A stretch of DNA of 64,000 bases from Obrimoposthia wandeli (lineage: Eukaryota), in NCBI GenBank assembly GCA_977020255.1, contig CDROCS010000666.1, positions 1 through 64,000 on the forward strand, written 5' to 3'. Shown here piece after piece: positions 46,132 to 57,155 of this stretch (position 1 is its first letter; every line of letters begins with the position of its first letter). The notes below the pieces were generated by a model that saw only the letters and a list, made by a program, of their open reading frames with translations, did not search any database and had not been told where the DNA came from. Both the position numbers and the translations under genes were made by a program.

Positions 46132-48192
46132 TTACGGACACTTAGATACCATGATATTTTCTGGTAAACCGTTATCAGCAAACTGAATACTCCAAACGTA
46201 CTTACCTGCCTCAGGTAACATTGCTGCGGTATCTTTTCCGTAGCCACCAGCTTTAAGAATATTTTCGACACCCAGCTTCAACTCTAGGCCATCAGCAGTA
46301 TATTGTGACGACCAATCTTTACTTGCATACTGCATACGATAGCCACCTGCCTTTTCATCGACAACGGCTTGGTAAGTATTATTACCCTTGTATTCGAAAG
46401 CACGGTTATCTTTATGCTTCCAGCCTGCATCTGCAAAATCACCAACGACATACAATGTCTTACTTACAGGCCCTGCTTCATCAAGCGTTGGGTTATCACA
46501 CTGTGCCATGAAACCTTCGCCAGTCATCATCACTGCCGCTTTTGTTGCTACTGCGCCTGTTGCTGAAGGTGCTTCAACTTTCAAGAAACGAGCAACAAAA
46601 CCATTTAATGGAATTTGATACTTACCAGAGCTAACAGAAAAACGTTCGCCAGTGATTAAATCGACTAAATCACCTTCTGATCCCACCTTTGATGCGATCA
46701 GTTCGATGCTATTTGATTGAGATTGTGTGCTCACCATGTACAGTAAAGCATCATCACCAGACTGTTTATGATCAACATAGACAGAATCATTAGCCAGTAC
46801 ATTAACGCGCTCACCTTGTGATAATGCAGGGTGTACAGCACGAAGGTTCATCAGTTTGGTCACATACTTTTTCAGATCATTTTGGCTAGCATTTAGAGGA
46901 CCATCAGACGATGTTGTAACACCCTCTATTTTTGCACTCGAACGCGCGACATGATCATCACATAAGCCATCAATAGCACAGGTTTCACTTGGGGCTTTGT
47001 CGGCGAACCCTTCGACTTGATCGCCTATTTCATCACCGTAATACAAGGTAATAGGGCCAGTGTACGCCGCTTGGAAAGACAATGCTGCTTTGTGCCGCTG
47101 CCAGTATTCATCATTATTTGCGTCTGCAATATTGCCACGTTGTAGCAAATCACCAAAACGAACCAAATCGTGATTACCTAGCATAAGGTTAGGTTTAGCA
47201 TCTGCCGGATAGAGACTATGTAATGACATGCCTTCATTTAGCCATTCACCGCCCTTTCCGCCATTGCCATTTTCATTTACGGCAAAGGTTTCAACAACAC
47301 GGTAGCGTACAGGAAAATCAAACGCAGAACATAGTGCAGGGTTTTCAGCAGAACCGTAGCCCGTTTCATTAATGTAGTTTTCGTTATTCCAAATTTCAGC
47401 CACCATGTAGCCAAGCGGGTTAACCGTTTTACCTTCAGAATTCACATACGTGACTGACTTCGAGGCTTCATCAACGCTTTTACGTAGCTCAGTCCATGCA
47501 TCGGTAGGCACTTGATATGCTTGGTCTAAACGCCAACCATCAATTTTTAATTCTGTTATCCAGTATGTCGCCACTTCTTTATAAAACGCCATGCTTTCAG
47601 GGTAACTAACTGGGTTACTCTCACCTTGAGGTAAATTACCCTGAGGTGATGCGACAACGTTATCTTTATGGTGTCCGAATACACCATCAAAGAATACATA
47701 TAAACCACGCTTATGGGCTTCTTCGACGAGCTCTTTCGCTTTTTCCATCGAACCAAAACGCGGATCTATCGCAAAGTAGTTACTTGCAAAATACCCAGTG
47801 GCATCCAGTCTGTCAGCCCAGTGGTTCTGCCCTTCGACAGGAACAGAATCAAATACCGGTGTTAACCAAACCGCATTCATTCCCAAAGATTGGATATAGT
47901 CGAGTGAATCAATAATACCTTGTAAATCACCTTTGTGATGGCTCGTTCCGTAGCCAGTACCATGACCAATACTGTCGTCACCATTTACAAAGCTTTCAAC
48001 CATTACTTGGTACATACGTAAATCATCAGTCTCTGCTGATGTGGATGCATTGCAAGCGTAAGGTGTTACGTTACCAACAGGATCGAGCGAAGTCGATGAA
48101 CCAGAACTACCGCACGCAGATAAAGACCCCGCGATGGCAAGTGCAAGGCACGTTTTTATGTTCTGTTTTAACCCCATGTTCCATTTAACCAC
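46132..48192 (-). CDS. GH13 alpha-amylase family lipoprotein with a C-terminal accessory domain
   Basis: LSACG lipobox; DGVFGH, GWRLDQA, AEIW, NHD regions. Confidence 0.92.
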   Translation of the reverse strand: MVKWNMGLKQNIKTCLALAIAGSLSACGSSGSSTSLDPVGNVTPYACNASTSAETDDLRMYQVMVESFVNGDDSIGHGTGYGTSHHKGDLQGIIDSLDYIQSLGMNAVWLTPVFDSVPVEGQNHWADRLDATGYFASNYFAIDPRFGSMEKAKELVEEAHKRGLYVFFDGVFGHHKDNVVASPQGNLPQGESNPVSYPESMAFYKEVATYWITELKIDGWRLDQAYQVPTDAWTELRKSVDEASKSVTYVNSEGKTVNPLGYMVAEIWNNENYINETGYGSAENPALCSAFDFPVRYRVVETFAVNENGNGGKGGEWLNEGMSLHSLYPADAKPNLMLGNHDLVRFGDLLQRGNIADANNDEYWQRHKAALSFQAAYTGPITLYYGDEIGDQVEGFADKAPSETCAIDGLCDDHVARSSAKIEGVTTSSDGPLNASQNDLKKYVTKLMNLRAVHPALSQGERVNVLANDSVYVDHKQSGDDALLYMVSTQSQSNSIELIASKVGSEGDLVDLITGERFSVSSGKYQIPLNGFVARFLKVEAPSATGAVATKAAVMMTGEGFMAQCDNPTLDEAGPVSKTLYVVGDFADAGWKHKDNRAFEYKGNNTYQAVVDEKAGGYRMQYASKDWSSQYTADGLELKLGVENILKAGGYGKDTAAMLPEAGKYVWSIQFADNGLPENIMVSKCP

Positions 48193-48359
48193 GATGTTCT
48201 CCTTGAATTATTATTATATTAGGTACACGGTGATTATTTATTAATCACACAGCATTGAGACCATCCTTAGAATAATAATTTGAGGCGTAGGTTGGGGGGA
48301 GTAGAGATCTGTATCACATCTTTCTTACATTATTGTTTTACAATATTTTTTTACTTATT

Positions 48360-48653
48360 CTATTTTGATGAATAACGCCTAAGAACTTCTACAACCTCAA
48401 CCGTATAATGCTTATACCATTTGTTTTGACCTAGCTTTTGTGCGACTAAATGCTCGGCATTCTGCTTCCACGCTTTAATGTGTTCGAGGTTATCCCAATA
48501 AGATATCGCGATTTCTTGGCTACCTTCAGCAGTGGCGACAAACTCAGTACAATCATATTCTGTTATAGCTAAATCGCGCATCTTCGCTGCCATTTGTGAA
48601 TATTCATCATCAAACTGATTGATCTCGGCTTTAAATATAACGGCGTATTTCAT
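48360..48653 (-). CDS. Antibiotic biosynthesis monooxygenase-like protein
   Basis: ISYW..LE.IKAWK.N.EH..AQ..G...WY. Confidence 0.85.
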   Translation of the reverse strand: MKYAVIFKAEINQFDDEYSQMAAKMRDLAITEYDCTEFVATAEGSQEIAISYWDNLEHIKAWKQNAEHLVAQKLGQNKWYKHYTVEVVEVLRRYSSK

Positions 48654-48722
48654 GGGTTATCCTTAATCCAAATGTTAATTTATATTACAAATTCACTGTT
48701 AATCGCGATTGATTTATTAGAC

Positions 48723-48751
48723 AAAAAAGGAGATCAAATGATCTCCTTTTT
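48723..48751. terminator. Intrinsic terminator after the MCP
   Basis: aaaaaggagatc/gatctccttttt. Confidence 0.8.
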
Positions 48752-48793
48752 CTTATTTAAACAGACTTAAATCTTAGCTTATGTAGATTGATA

Positions 48794-50425
48794 CTACACT
48801 TTAAAGCGTGATAGTGACGTTTTTAGTGTCGTTGCTAATTGCGCTAACTCAACACTTGATTGCGCCGTTTGCTCTGCCCCCATTGCCACTTCACTTGCAG
48901 ATAAACTCATGCTTTGAATATTACTGCCAAGTTCTTCAGTTACCGAGTCTTGTTGGCTACACGCACTTGCTATTTGAATACCTGTATCAGCAACCTTCAT
49001 CATGGTTTCTTCAATAATTTGAATAGATTGACCCGTTTGAACACTTTGCTCTACACAAATACGAATCTTCGAACAACTTTGATCAGTCGCACTCTTCGCA
49101 TTGGCTGCACTTACTTGTAGCTTCTCAATAATATCAACAATTTCACTGGTTGATGTTTGAGTACGGCCCGCAAGAGAACGAACTTCATCTGCCACCACGG
49201 CAAAACCACGGCCTTGATCACCAGCACGTGCAGCTTCAATCGCTGCGTTCAATGCCAGCAAATTTGTTTGGTCAGCAATACCACGAATTACTTCAACAAC
49301 GACACTGATGTTGTTTGATTCACGCTCCAGCTCTTCAACTAACTCACCCGCTTGCTCAATATCACGAGACACAATTTGAATTTGTTTGATATTAGATTGA
49401 ACGTCTTGATTACCTTGCTTTGCTTCTTCGGACGCTTCTAACGCAGAAGCAGAGGCCGTTTCCGTATTATTTGCGACTTCTGCAACAGTTGCCTTCATCT
49501 CTTCCATTGCCGCAGCTACGGTTGTAATGTCAGATTGTTGCTGTTGCATACCACGAGCCGATTGCTCAGAGATCGCACTCATTTCTTCAACTGCTGCAGA
49601 AAGTTGAGTTACCGCAGAAATAGTATCTTCAATTAAGATACGTAGCTGGTTTTGCATTTCGATGTTGGTATCAGCTAATACGCCTAGCTCATCATTACCA
49701 ATATCTTCGCGTTGAAGGTGGAACGTTAAATCGCCAGAAGCTATCGCTTTCGATTGTTCAATAACTAAATTCAAAGGACGACAAATTTGGCGAGCCAAGA
49801 AGAACGTAATAAATACCATGAAAGCAATCAATGCAGTGAAAGACGCTTTGGTTATTGTGGTAACATTACTGACGCTACCTATGATTGTAGTACGATCGCT
49901 AGCAATAAAATCTAGGTTAATATCAACTAATGCATCCATAGCAGTACCTACTGCATCAAACTCATCAACTGAACCAAGTAACTCTTGATGAGCTTTATCA
50001 AGATCTCGATTTTTTACTACTTGCTCAAAATCATTAAATATATTTAAATAATCTTTCCAAGCCTTTAATACGTTATTAAATACTCGACGTTCATCTGTAC
50101 TTACAACGGTAGCATCATAGCTACTTAACATACCTTTAATTTTATTTTTTGTTGCAGATTGACGAATAAACAATGCATCTAATTTAGAATTATATTCCTT
50201 ATATGTCAGAGCCGCATATTGACTACGACGCAACACTGACATTTCAAAGTACATTGTCTCAACAGATAACACACTTGGAATCGTAGAATCAGTAAAGTTA
50301 ATTACATTTAACTCTACTTTTTTTAACTCTTGAAATAGGAAAACAGCAAACGCTATCATAACTAATCCAATCGCTAAAAATACAACGGCAATTTTTTTTC
50401 GCACGGCTAAATTTTTATAATTCAT
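48794..50425 (-). CDS. Methyl-accepting chemotaxis protein (4-helix sensor, HAMP)
   Basis: [28 protein letters not shown]. Confidence 0.97.
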   Translation of the reverse strand: MNYKNLAVRKKIAVVFLAIGLVMIAFAVFLFQELKKVELNVINFTDSTIPSVLSVETMYFEMSVLRRSQYAALTYKEYNSKLDALFIRQSATKNKIKGMLSSYDATVVSTDERRVFNNVLKAWKDYLNIFNDFEQVVKNRDLDKAHQELLGSVDEFDAVGTAMDALVDINLDFIASDRTTIIGSVSNVTTITKASFTALIAFMVFITFFLARQICRPLNLVIEQSKAIASGDLTFHLQREDIGNDELGVLADTNIEMQNQLRILIEDTISAVTQLSAAVEEMSAISEQSARGMQQQQSDITTVAAAMEEMKATVAEVANNTETASASALEASEEAKQGNQDVQSNIKQIQIVSRDIEQAGELVEELERESNNISVVVEVIRGIADQTNLLALNAAIEAARAGDQGRGFAVVADEVRSLAGRTQTSTSEIVDIIEKLQVSAANAKSATDQSCSKIRICVEQSVQTGQSIQIIEETMMKVADTGIQIASACSQQDSVTEELGSNIQSMSLSASEVAMGAEQTAQSSVELAQLATTLKTSLSRFKV

Positions 50426-51074
50426 GTTTATAAGACCCTTGGATAATGTAATAACTCAGTCTATGAGTATTGCTATTATTTGAGTTAATATTAACTCACT
50501 CTCTATTTAACAGCAGATAATAGAAAACAAAATAAAATAAAACAGTGTAAAAGTCACACTTTTTATAATAAAAAAACCAATAAAAATAATACGTTGAATA
50601 AAAATTAAACACGCAAACCATTGCCAATATATATATGTATAAAAGACGAGCGCCTTGTTGATGTAACCAACAAAAGTCTACTCGTTTTATTTTAAATAAA
50701 AATTATTTATCAACTATCGCAATAATCTTCGTAACACTGCCAACGAATTAATATTCTATTTCATATATTTTAGCAACATTCTTTGCCGATCACTTCACAT
50801 CACAGAATACAATTCAACAAAGCTTGCAATTACATCCTTTCCCAAATAAGAGGTTTATCGCTGGAGTAGATATAACGGCATATTTCATTGATTATCCTTA
50901 ATACAAATGTTAATTCATAGTATCACTGATAACGATCCTGACACGGGGGAGGAGTGGCTAGTTTTTAATTTGATTCTACAATAATAAAAAGGGCACACAT
51001 TTCGGTGAACCCTATTAATGTTACTTTGTGGTCAGCTCAAAGGCTCTTACCTCTTAATCGCTACATTGGTTTAT

Positions 51075-52136
51075 TTATAACGCTGAAATTGCAGTATTGA
51101 AAAAACCATTTGCACGTAGCCAAACCCCATCAGGATCTGAATTATCAGAAAGGGTTAATAAATGCGGTAATAACTGTTCAGCAAAATCTTCACTGCTTTC
51201 TTTCGGTAATACCGTCGGAAGATGATCCACCGCTTGCACTTCAATGCCTGCAATTTGAGATTGAACAATCGGTTGAGTTAACTTTGTACACGCATTATAA
51301 ATTCGGATTGGATTATCAGGGTTATTAGGATCGCAGCTAACATCACTGACCATACTTAGTCGTGGTGATGCACCCAGACTTTCAGGCGTAATAAATGGCG
51401 CAGTACCTGGGGCCAAATATGCACAGTTAACTAAAATATCAAAATTGTTAATATCAGTGAAAGGTCCACCCGCTTTGGTTTCATTGATATCCCATTGCAC
51501 CGCTTCAATACCAATATCAGCAAATAAATCAACAGCACCTCGACCACTACGACCATATGCGCCAATAACCAATGCGGTTGGCTTTTGTGGCAGTTGCGTC
51601 ATTAACTGCTTCAACTCAGCAAGGTAAACATCACGATTTGGGTAGCTATTTACTGCTGGAAATATTGAATCACTGTTCAGCCGATGGCAGTAACCCGCAA
51701 AACCGATGGCTGCGCCCACGTAACCAGCCCAGTAACCAAACGCGCATACCCGTCGACCACTAATGTCTTGTAAGAATTCAAGGTCTAATATTTCGCCCTT
51801 TCCTTGCTCAAAACGCGCTAAGACTTGCGGTGCTTCATCTTGACCTTTGTAAGCATGCGCAAAATATATATGTTTGTGCTGTAGCGGGAAATCGTCTTCT
51901 GGCAATTCCTTAAGACCTAAAATATACGCATTCTGTGGTGCAGATGCCCAACTGTGCCCTTCAACCAGTTCACACCCTGCAGCAAGGTATTCAGCATCTG
52001 CGAAAATTCGTGTTGAGCTTTTTTCTACCATAACGACTGCACCACTTTGGATCAATGCATATGCGCCTGCTGGGGTAAGCGCAGCTCGATGCTCACCTTG
52101 TTTTACTTCATCTCTTAACCAAAAAATTGTTTGCAT
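51075..52136 (-). CDS. Saccharopine dehydrogenase (NAD+, L-lysine-forming), Lys1-type
   Basis: HRAALTP, GLKELP.D.FPL.H.HI.FAH.YKGQ, DVSCD, DHLPT. Confidence 0.88.
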   Translation of the reverse strand: MQTIFWLRDEVKQGEHRAALTPAGAYALIQSGAVVMVEKSSTRIFADAEYLAAGCELVEGHSWASAPQNAYILGLKELPEDDFPLQHKHIYFAHAYKGQDEAPQVLARFEQGKGEILDLEFLQDISGRRVCAFGYWAGYVGAAIGFAGYCHRLNSDSIFPAVNSYPNRDVYLAELKQLMTQLPQKPTALVIGAYGRSGRGAVDLFADIGIEAVQWDINETKAGGPFTDINNFDILVNCAYLAPGTAPFITPESLGASPRLSMVSDVSCDPNNPDNPIRIYNACTKLTQPIVQSQIAGIEVQAVDHLPTVLPKESSEDFAEQLLPHLLTLSDNSDPDGVWLRANGFFNTAISAL

Positions 52137-52326
52137 ATGATGTTCCTTACCTTATACCTGAATCGATTTTGTTGTAAATTCCGCAAACATAAAACCAATG
52201 CTGGCTGGCTTAAACAGCCGTTAATATGGCTGAAGGGAACTGGTGCGACACCTAAAGCCAGTACAACATGCTGGGTTGTAAAAGCCAACAATAAACGCCC
52301 CCTTCGGAAGTGATTCTTAGCCGTTA

Positions 52327-53019
52327 CTACAATGGCATTCCGGCTTCATCTTCCTCAACGATGTCAGTTTCAGTCAGAGCATCGGCTAACCATTGCTGCA
52401 TTTCAGTCGATGCTAATGCGCGCTGCATATACTGTTCTGCTAATGGTGAAACTTTCACGCCATACGTCACAAAACGAAAAACTACAGGTGCAAACATGCA
52501 ATCGGCAATACTCCACTTACCAAATAACCAGCCATCATCATCTATTTTATTTGTATTAATAGACATTTGTTCAGACCAAATTTGATCAATACGCGCAATA
52601 TCTTTCAACGCGGATTCAGAGAGTGCTAATGTTCGCTTTGCACGGCAGTTCATTGGCATCTCGTTACGAAGTGCGCTGAAACCAGAGTGCATTTCAGCAG
52701 CGATCGATCTGGCTTTTGCACGATCCTGTATTGTTTGAGGCCATGCTGAACCACTCAAATATTGCTCATTAATATATTCACAAATGGCGAGTGAATCCCA
52801 AATTACGGTTTCTTGAACGCTTTTTATTTGGTCATCCTGTATTTGTTCGATAAGCACAGGCACTTTAAGGACTGGCGATATTTCTGCTAATTCATCATAA
52901 AATCGTTGCGTGAATAAGGGCAGCTGCACAACCTCAAATTTCACTCCACTCTTGGCTAACATTAACCAACCACGTAAAGACCAACTCGAATAATTTTTAT
53001 TGCCAATGATCAACTTCAT
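52327..53019 (-). CDS. Glutathione S-transferase family protein
   Basis: GNKNYSSWSLR, KVPVL, WDSLAICEY. Confidence 0.93.
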   Translation of the reverse strand: MKLIIGNKNYSSWSLRGWLMLAKSGVKFEVVQLPLFTQRFYDELAEISPVLKVPVLIEQIQDDQIKSVQETVIWDSLAICEYINEQYLSGSAWPQTIQDRAKARSIAAEMHSGFSALRNEMPMNCRAKRTLALSESALKDIARIDQIWSEQMSINTNKIDDDGWLFGKWSIADCMFAPVVFRFVTYGVKVSPLAEQYMQRALASTEMQQWLADALTETDIVEEDEAGMPL

Positions 53020-53149
53020 AAACATCCCTTTACCGTTAAGATTCAATAGATTTAATTTAACGTGTTGATTTTCTGATGACTAACGCATAGTTTTGATAAC
53101 TCATATCATAATTTTGAATAGATGATGCTACCTGATAAAAGGAAGATAT

Positions 53150-54001
53150 ATGGACATAGATTCATTGCGAAGTTTTTTAGCTTTTGTCGACACGGGCAGT
53201 TTTACACGTGCAGCTAAACAAACTCATCGCACACAATCAGCGATTAGCATGCAAATGAAAAAGCTCGAAGGAGAACTCGATAAAAACCTATTTACCAAGG
53301 AAGGTCGCCACTTAGTACTGAGTCATGAAGGGCAACAGTTAGCCAGTTATGCTAAACGTATTGTTAGCTTACACGATGAAACGATTAATGCGATACGAAC
53401 AGAAACAGCTTACCCTGCCCTACATCTTGGTTGCCCCGATGATTATGCAGAATCTATATTGCCTGTGGTTATTGGTCTTATTCGAGAAAGCTTAGGTAGA
53501 ATAAATATTCAAGTCACCTGTGCTTCTAGCCTTTTACTACGACAAGGTTTAGATAAAGGGGAGTTACATCTTGCCATCTTGACTCGCTCTCCCAATCTTG
53601 AAGAAGGCTATTTATTAAAAACAGATGAGGGTGTATGGATAGGTTCTAAACAACATGTATTATTAGAACATCGTCCATTACCCATTGCACTCTTTCAGCC
53701 CGATTGTAAATTTCATTCTGCCGCTTTAACGGGTTTAATGAAAAACCAGATTCCTTACGATCTTGTCAGTTGTAGCTCAAGTGCCAGCGCGCAAAAAGGC
53801 ATGGTTCGTCACGGCTTGGCTATTGGGGCAATGGCACGATCGAGTCTTTCAGAAGATTTGTATGAATTGGATAAAACATGGCTTCCACCCTTACCTGCAA
53901 TTCACATTGTATTGGTTCCAGCAGTAACATCGCATCCAGCCTTGTCTGATAGCGTAATAAAGACAATATCGGAATCATTTCAAAATAATGCTAATAAATA
54001 G
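53150..54001 (+). CDS. LysR-family regulator
   Basis: GSFTRAA...TQSAISMQMKKLE. Confidence 0.96.
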   Translation: MDIDSLRSFLAFVDTGSFTRAAKQTHRTQSAISMQMKKLEGELDKNLFTKEGRHLVLSHEGQQLASYAKRIVSLHDETINAIRTETAYPALHLGCPDDYAESILPVVIGLIRESLGRINIQVTCASSLLLRQGLDKGELHLAILTRSPNLEEGYLLKTDEGVWIGSKQHVLLEHRPLPIALFQPDCKFHSAALTGLMKNQIPYDLVSCSSSASAQKGMVRHGLAIGAMARSSLSEDLYELDKTWLPPLPAIHIVLVPAVTSHPALSDSVIKTISESFQNNANK

Positions 54002-54172
54002 TCGTGATTCTTCAGTTTTTTAAAATTTATTCACGCTATTTTCATACTGAAACCAAAGGTTTGTTACTGACAGTGGAAGTTGCTGTTATAATGGGTGCAG
54101 GCCAACACTGTTATGCTGACTGATAATGTCACTATAGGCAGATGTTGTGAGTATAGATTTTAAGGTAACAGC

Positions 54173-54529
54173 ATGAATTTAAAGCAAGAACTTCAACAAG
54201 TAAACGACAAGCTAGATAAAACTAAACGTAAACTAGCTGGTGCAGTAGACCGCGGTGATAAAGCAATTGCGGCTAAAGCTAAGTTGGAGCTAACTAAGTT
54301 AAACAATCAAATTGCTAGCTTAAAGACAAAACAAGCACGTGATGTTAATCAACAAGGCACTGATGTTAAAACATTGGCTTTCAAACGTGCATTAACAAAA
54401 GCAGAACAAGCTGACATGGGCAAACTTAAAAAGTCTGTTCGTGGTTTAGTTGTTGTTCACCCAATGACGGCTCTCGGTCGTGAAATGGGTCTTAAAGAAG
54501 TAACTGGTTTCGCACCAAAAGCTTTCTAA
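54173..54529 (+). CDS. yibL: YibL family ribosome-associated protein
   Basis: ADMGKLKKSVRGLVVVHPMTALGREMG. Confidence 0.9.
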   Translation: MNLKQELQQVNDKLDKTKRKLAGAVDRGDKAIAAKAKLELTKLNNQIASLKTKQARDVNQQGTDVKTLAFKRALTKAEQADMGKLKKSVRGLVVVHPMTALGREMGLKEVTGFAPKAF

Positions 54530-54626
54530 TCTATTGTTATCACATTTTGTGTAAATAATAATAGATTTTGTGCTGTATCACTCTGTTTCTAGGGGTATAC
54601 AGCACAATAGTTTTGCCTTTCTTTAC

Positions 54627-54803
54627 CTAAGAACATGATCCGCAACAAAAGCCAGGTTCACCATGTTTTCCTTTCTTCTTCGTCTCTTCCTGGGCACTTT
54701 CAGTATTTGAAGCTGTTGCTTGTGAAGATGCTTCTACACCTACTTTTTCCTGCTCTGCTTTGCTCTCGTCTTTTTTGAAAATTTTCTTAAATGATAAACC
54801 CAT
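54627..54803 (-). CDS. CCGSCS motif protein (58 aa; not in the ORF track)
   Basis: Manual translation MGLSFKKIFKK...KKGKHGEPGFCCGSCS*; GAGG RBS. Confidence 0.88.
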   Translation of the reverse strand: MGLSFKKIFKKDESKAEQEKVGVEASSQATASNTESAQEETKKKGKHGEPGFCCGSCS

Positions 54804-54936
54804 AATGACTTCCTCGATATAAATGACGTAATAACTGATCTTTAGTTAAGTATTTTTAACTACAATCTATAAGTTGTAATTTAAATGCATGTTATAATCT
54901 GTGGCAGTTTTAGTCAATACTTCAATTGTTGGAGCA

Positions 54937-55002
54937 TATACCCTAGCAGCCTCAAGATACTCGTTTCAGCAAGCCCCTGCACCTTAAAGTAGCTTGCGTA
55001 TA
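54937..55002. repeat. Internally deleted ERIC-like MITE (66 bp, reverse orientation)
   Basis: Left arm matches the reverse complement of the right end of the 266-bp element; right arm matches its left TIR. Confidence 0.7.
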
Positions 55003-55118
55003 CACCCATTAACACTTTTAAAAGCTAATTATCTCGAAGTTTCTTTAAAAATATGGCATCTTCTGCCTATTCTATCGATCTTGATAAGTCGATGGGCATT
55101 GCATGACGGAGAGTTACT

Positions 55119-55226
55119 GTGGATCGATTCATTCCAATATTAAATAAAATTGCGGCTACACTAGGGATGCTAATGTTTGTTATCGGTGGTGGTTTAGCAT
55201 TGTTTGTCATGGTTTATGGCAATTAA
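55119..55226 (+). CDS. Putative 35-aa single-pass membrane protein (not in the ORF track)
   Basis: GGAG RBS, GTG start; MDRFIPILNKIAATLGMLMFVIGGGLALFVMVYGN*. Confidence 0.55.
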   Translation: MDRFIPILNKIAATLGMLMFVIGGGLALFVMVYGN

Positions 55227-55400
55227 TAGACGCAAATCATAAGCCATAAACAACCCACACATGTAGGACTTAAAACATAATTCTTTACAGGGTCAAAAGG
55301 AACGGGAATAATTTTGACTGGAAAGAGTTGATAAGATTCCGTCCCTTTTAATAGTCAGCATAACCAAGACAACACCATCACGATATTTGACAGATTAGCG

Positions 55401-56159
55401 CTACATTCGCATACCACCGTCAACCTCTAGCACCCGACCTGTAAAATAATCACTTTCAAAAATGTACTTTGCAGCATGCGCGATCTCACTGGTTTCCCCT
55501 ATTCTTCCTAGCGGCACCATTTTTTTCAAACGCTCGACAGCTTCAGGCTTTAATTGTTCAGCCATCGCTGTTTGAATAACACCAGGTGCAATAGCAGCTG
55601 CACGTATGCCGTAGCGAGCAAGCTCTTTAGCCCAACAAATTGCCATTGTTGCAACAGCAGCTTTTGATGCTGCATAGTTGGTTTGCCCTATATTTCCTGC
55701 ACGCGCGACACTGGAAATATTAATAATAACGCCTTTTCGATCGGTCTGAATCATCTTCGCTGCAGCTTCTCTTCCACACAAAAAAGACCCTGTTACATTA
55801 ACGTTCATCACTGCATTAAACTGTTCTAATGACATCTTACTGATTTCGCCATCTTTGGCTTTTACCAGCAACCCATCACGCAATATACCAGCATTATTAA
55901 TCAACCCATCAAGCTTACCGAAGTCTTCAACTATGTTATTAAATACCTGCTCGACTTCCGCTTCATTCGTTACATCTACTTTGTAGATCACCGCCTTAGT
56001 GCTTAGCATATGACATTGGTCTTGCGTTTTACGCAGTGCTTCTTCATTCACATCAAGTAATGCGAGTTCAGCGCCTGATTGTGCCAAAGTAATAGCCATC
56101 ATTTGCCCTAACCCTTGCCCTGCGCCTGTTATTGCAATCACGCTCTCTTTTAGGTTCAT
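55401..56159 (-). CDS. Short-chain dehydrogenase/reductase (3-ketoacyl reductase-like)
   Basis: TGAGQGLG, NNAG, NYAASK. Confidence 0.93.
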   Translation of the reverse strand: MNLKESVIAITGAGQGLGQMMAITLAQSGAELALLDVNEEALRKTQDQCHMLSTKAVIYKVDVTNEAEVEQVFNNIVEDFGKLDGLINNAGILRDGLLVKAKDGEISKMSLEQFNAVMNVNVTGSFLCGREAAAKMIQTDRKGVIINISSVARAGNIGQTNYAASKAAVATMAICWAKELARYGIRAAAIAPGVIQTAMAEQLKPEAVERLKKMVPLGRIGETSEIAHAAKYIFESDYFTGRVLEVDGGMRM

Positions 56160-56190
56160 GTTACATCCTTATTTAAAGCAAAATACGTCG

Positions 56191-57105
56191 CTAACGCTTT
56201 GGCTTTGGCTGACGCTGATAAAACTCAAATAAACTTGAAAAATCGAGGGCTTCATTACCGTTAGCATTATGAAATGCATACAAGTTTCTTGCTAATGTAC
56301 CCATAGGAATGGAAGACTGACTTTGAATCGCGGCATCCATCCCTAAGCCAAGATCTTTCAGCATTAACTTACTCATAAAGCCAGGCTGATAATTATTACT
56401 GGCTGGTGTGTTTTCCATCACACCAGGGCATGGATTATACAATTCTAATGCCCAATTTCGCCCAGAACTTTGTAGCATAATGCTAGAGAGCACTTTGGGA
56501 TCGAGACCATTATCAATCCCGAGGTTAAGTGCTTCACAGGTGCCTGACATTAAAATACCGAGCATAAGGTTATTACAGATTTTTGCCATCTGGCCATCAC
56601 CCGCATGACCAGCATGGAAAATATTTTTGCCTACGTGCTGTAAAATCGCATGGGCTTTACCGAAAGCAGCCCCTGTTCCGCCAACAATAAAAGTTAATGT
56701 CGCGGCTTTAGCGCCCGCAACCCCACCCGATACCGGAGCATCAACAAACTGTAACCCTTTATTTGCAGCTTCATTCGCCACTAACCGAGCTGAATCGGGG
56801 TCAATGGTTGAAGAGTCAATAAGAAACGTATTCTGGCAAACAAGATTAAGCAGCCCGACACCACCATGATGATCTCCAAGATACACTGCACGAACATGTG
56901 CACCAGCAGGTAACATAGTGATGACGGTATTTGCCCCTTTGACAACATCTTCTAAAGAAGCAGCCACAGTCGCCCCTAAAGGTGCTAATTTTTTCGCTGC
57001 CGATTCATTTAAATCAAATACTTGCACGTTAAAACCTGCGGCTAACAAGTTTTCCGCCATAGGACTACCCATGTTACCCAGTCCAATAAATGCAATGGTA
57101 CTCAT
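56191..57105 (-). CDS. mmsB: 3-hydroxyisobutyrate dehydrogenase
   Basis: FIGLGNMG, DAPVSGG, AKICNN, NPCPG. Confidence 0.95.
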   Translation of the reverse strand: MSTIAFIGLGNMGSPMAENLLAAGFNVQVFDLNESAAKKLAPLGATVAASLEDVVKGANTVITMLPAGAHVRAVYLGDHHGGVGLLNLVCQNTFLIDSSTIDPDSARLVANEAANKGLQFVDAPVSGGVAGAKAATLTFIVGGTGAAFGKAHAILQHVGKNIFHAGHAGDGQMAKICNNLMLGILMSGTCEALNLGIDNGLDPKVLSSIMLQSSGRNWALELYNPCPGVMENTPASNNYQPGFMSKLMLKDLGLGMDAAIQSQSSIPMGTLARNLYAFHNANGNEALDFSSLFEFYQRQPKPKR

Positions 57106-57155
57106 GAAACGCCTCCTCTTTTGAGGTTATTTGAAGTTATTTAAATCAATCTACG

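Noticed and set aside
52137-52326. Lysine riboswitch upstream of the saccharopine dehydrogenase
   Set aside because: The conserved AGAGG.GC, AGUA and GCCGAA elements were not found in order on the coding strand
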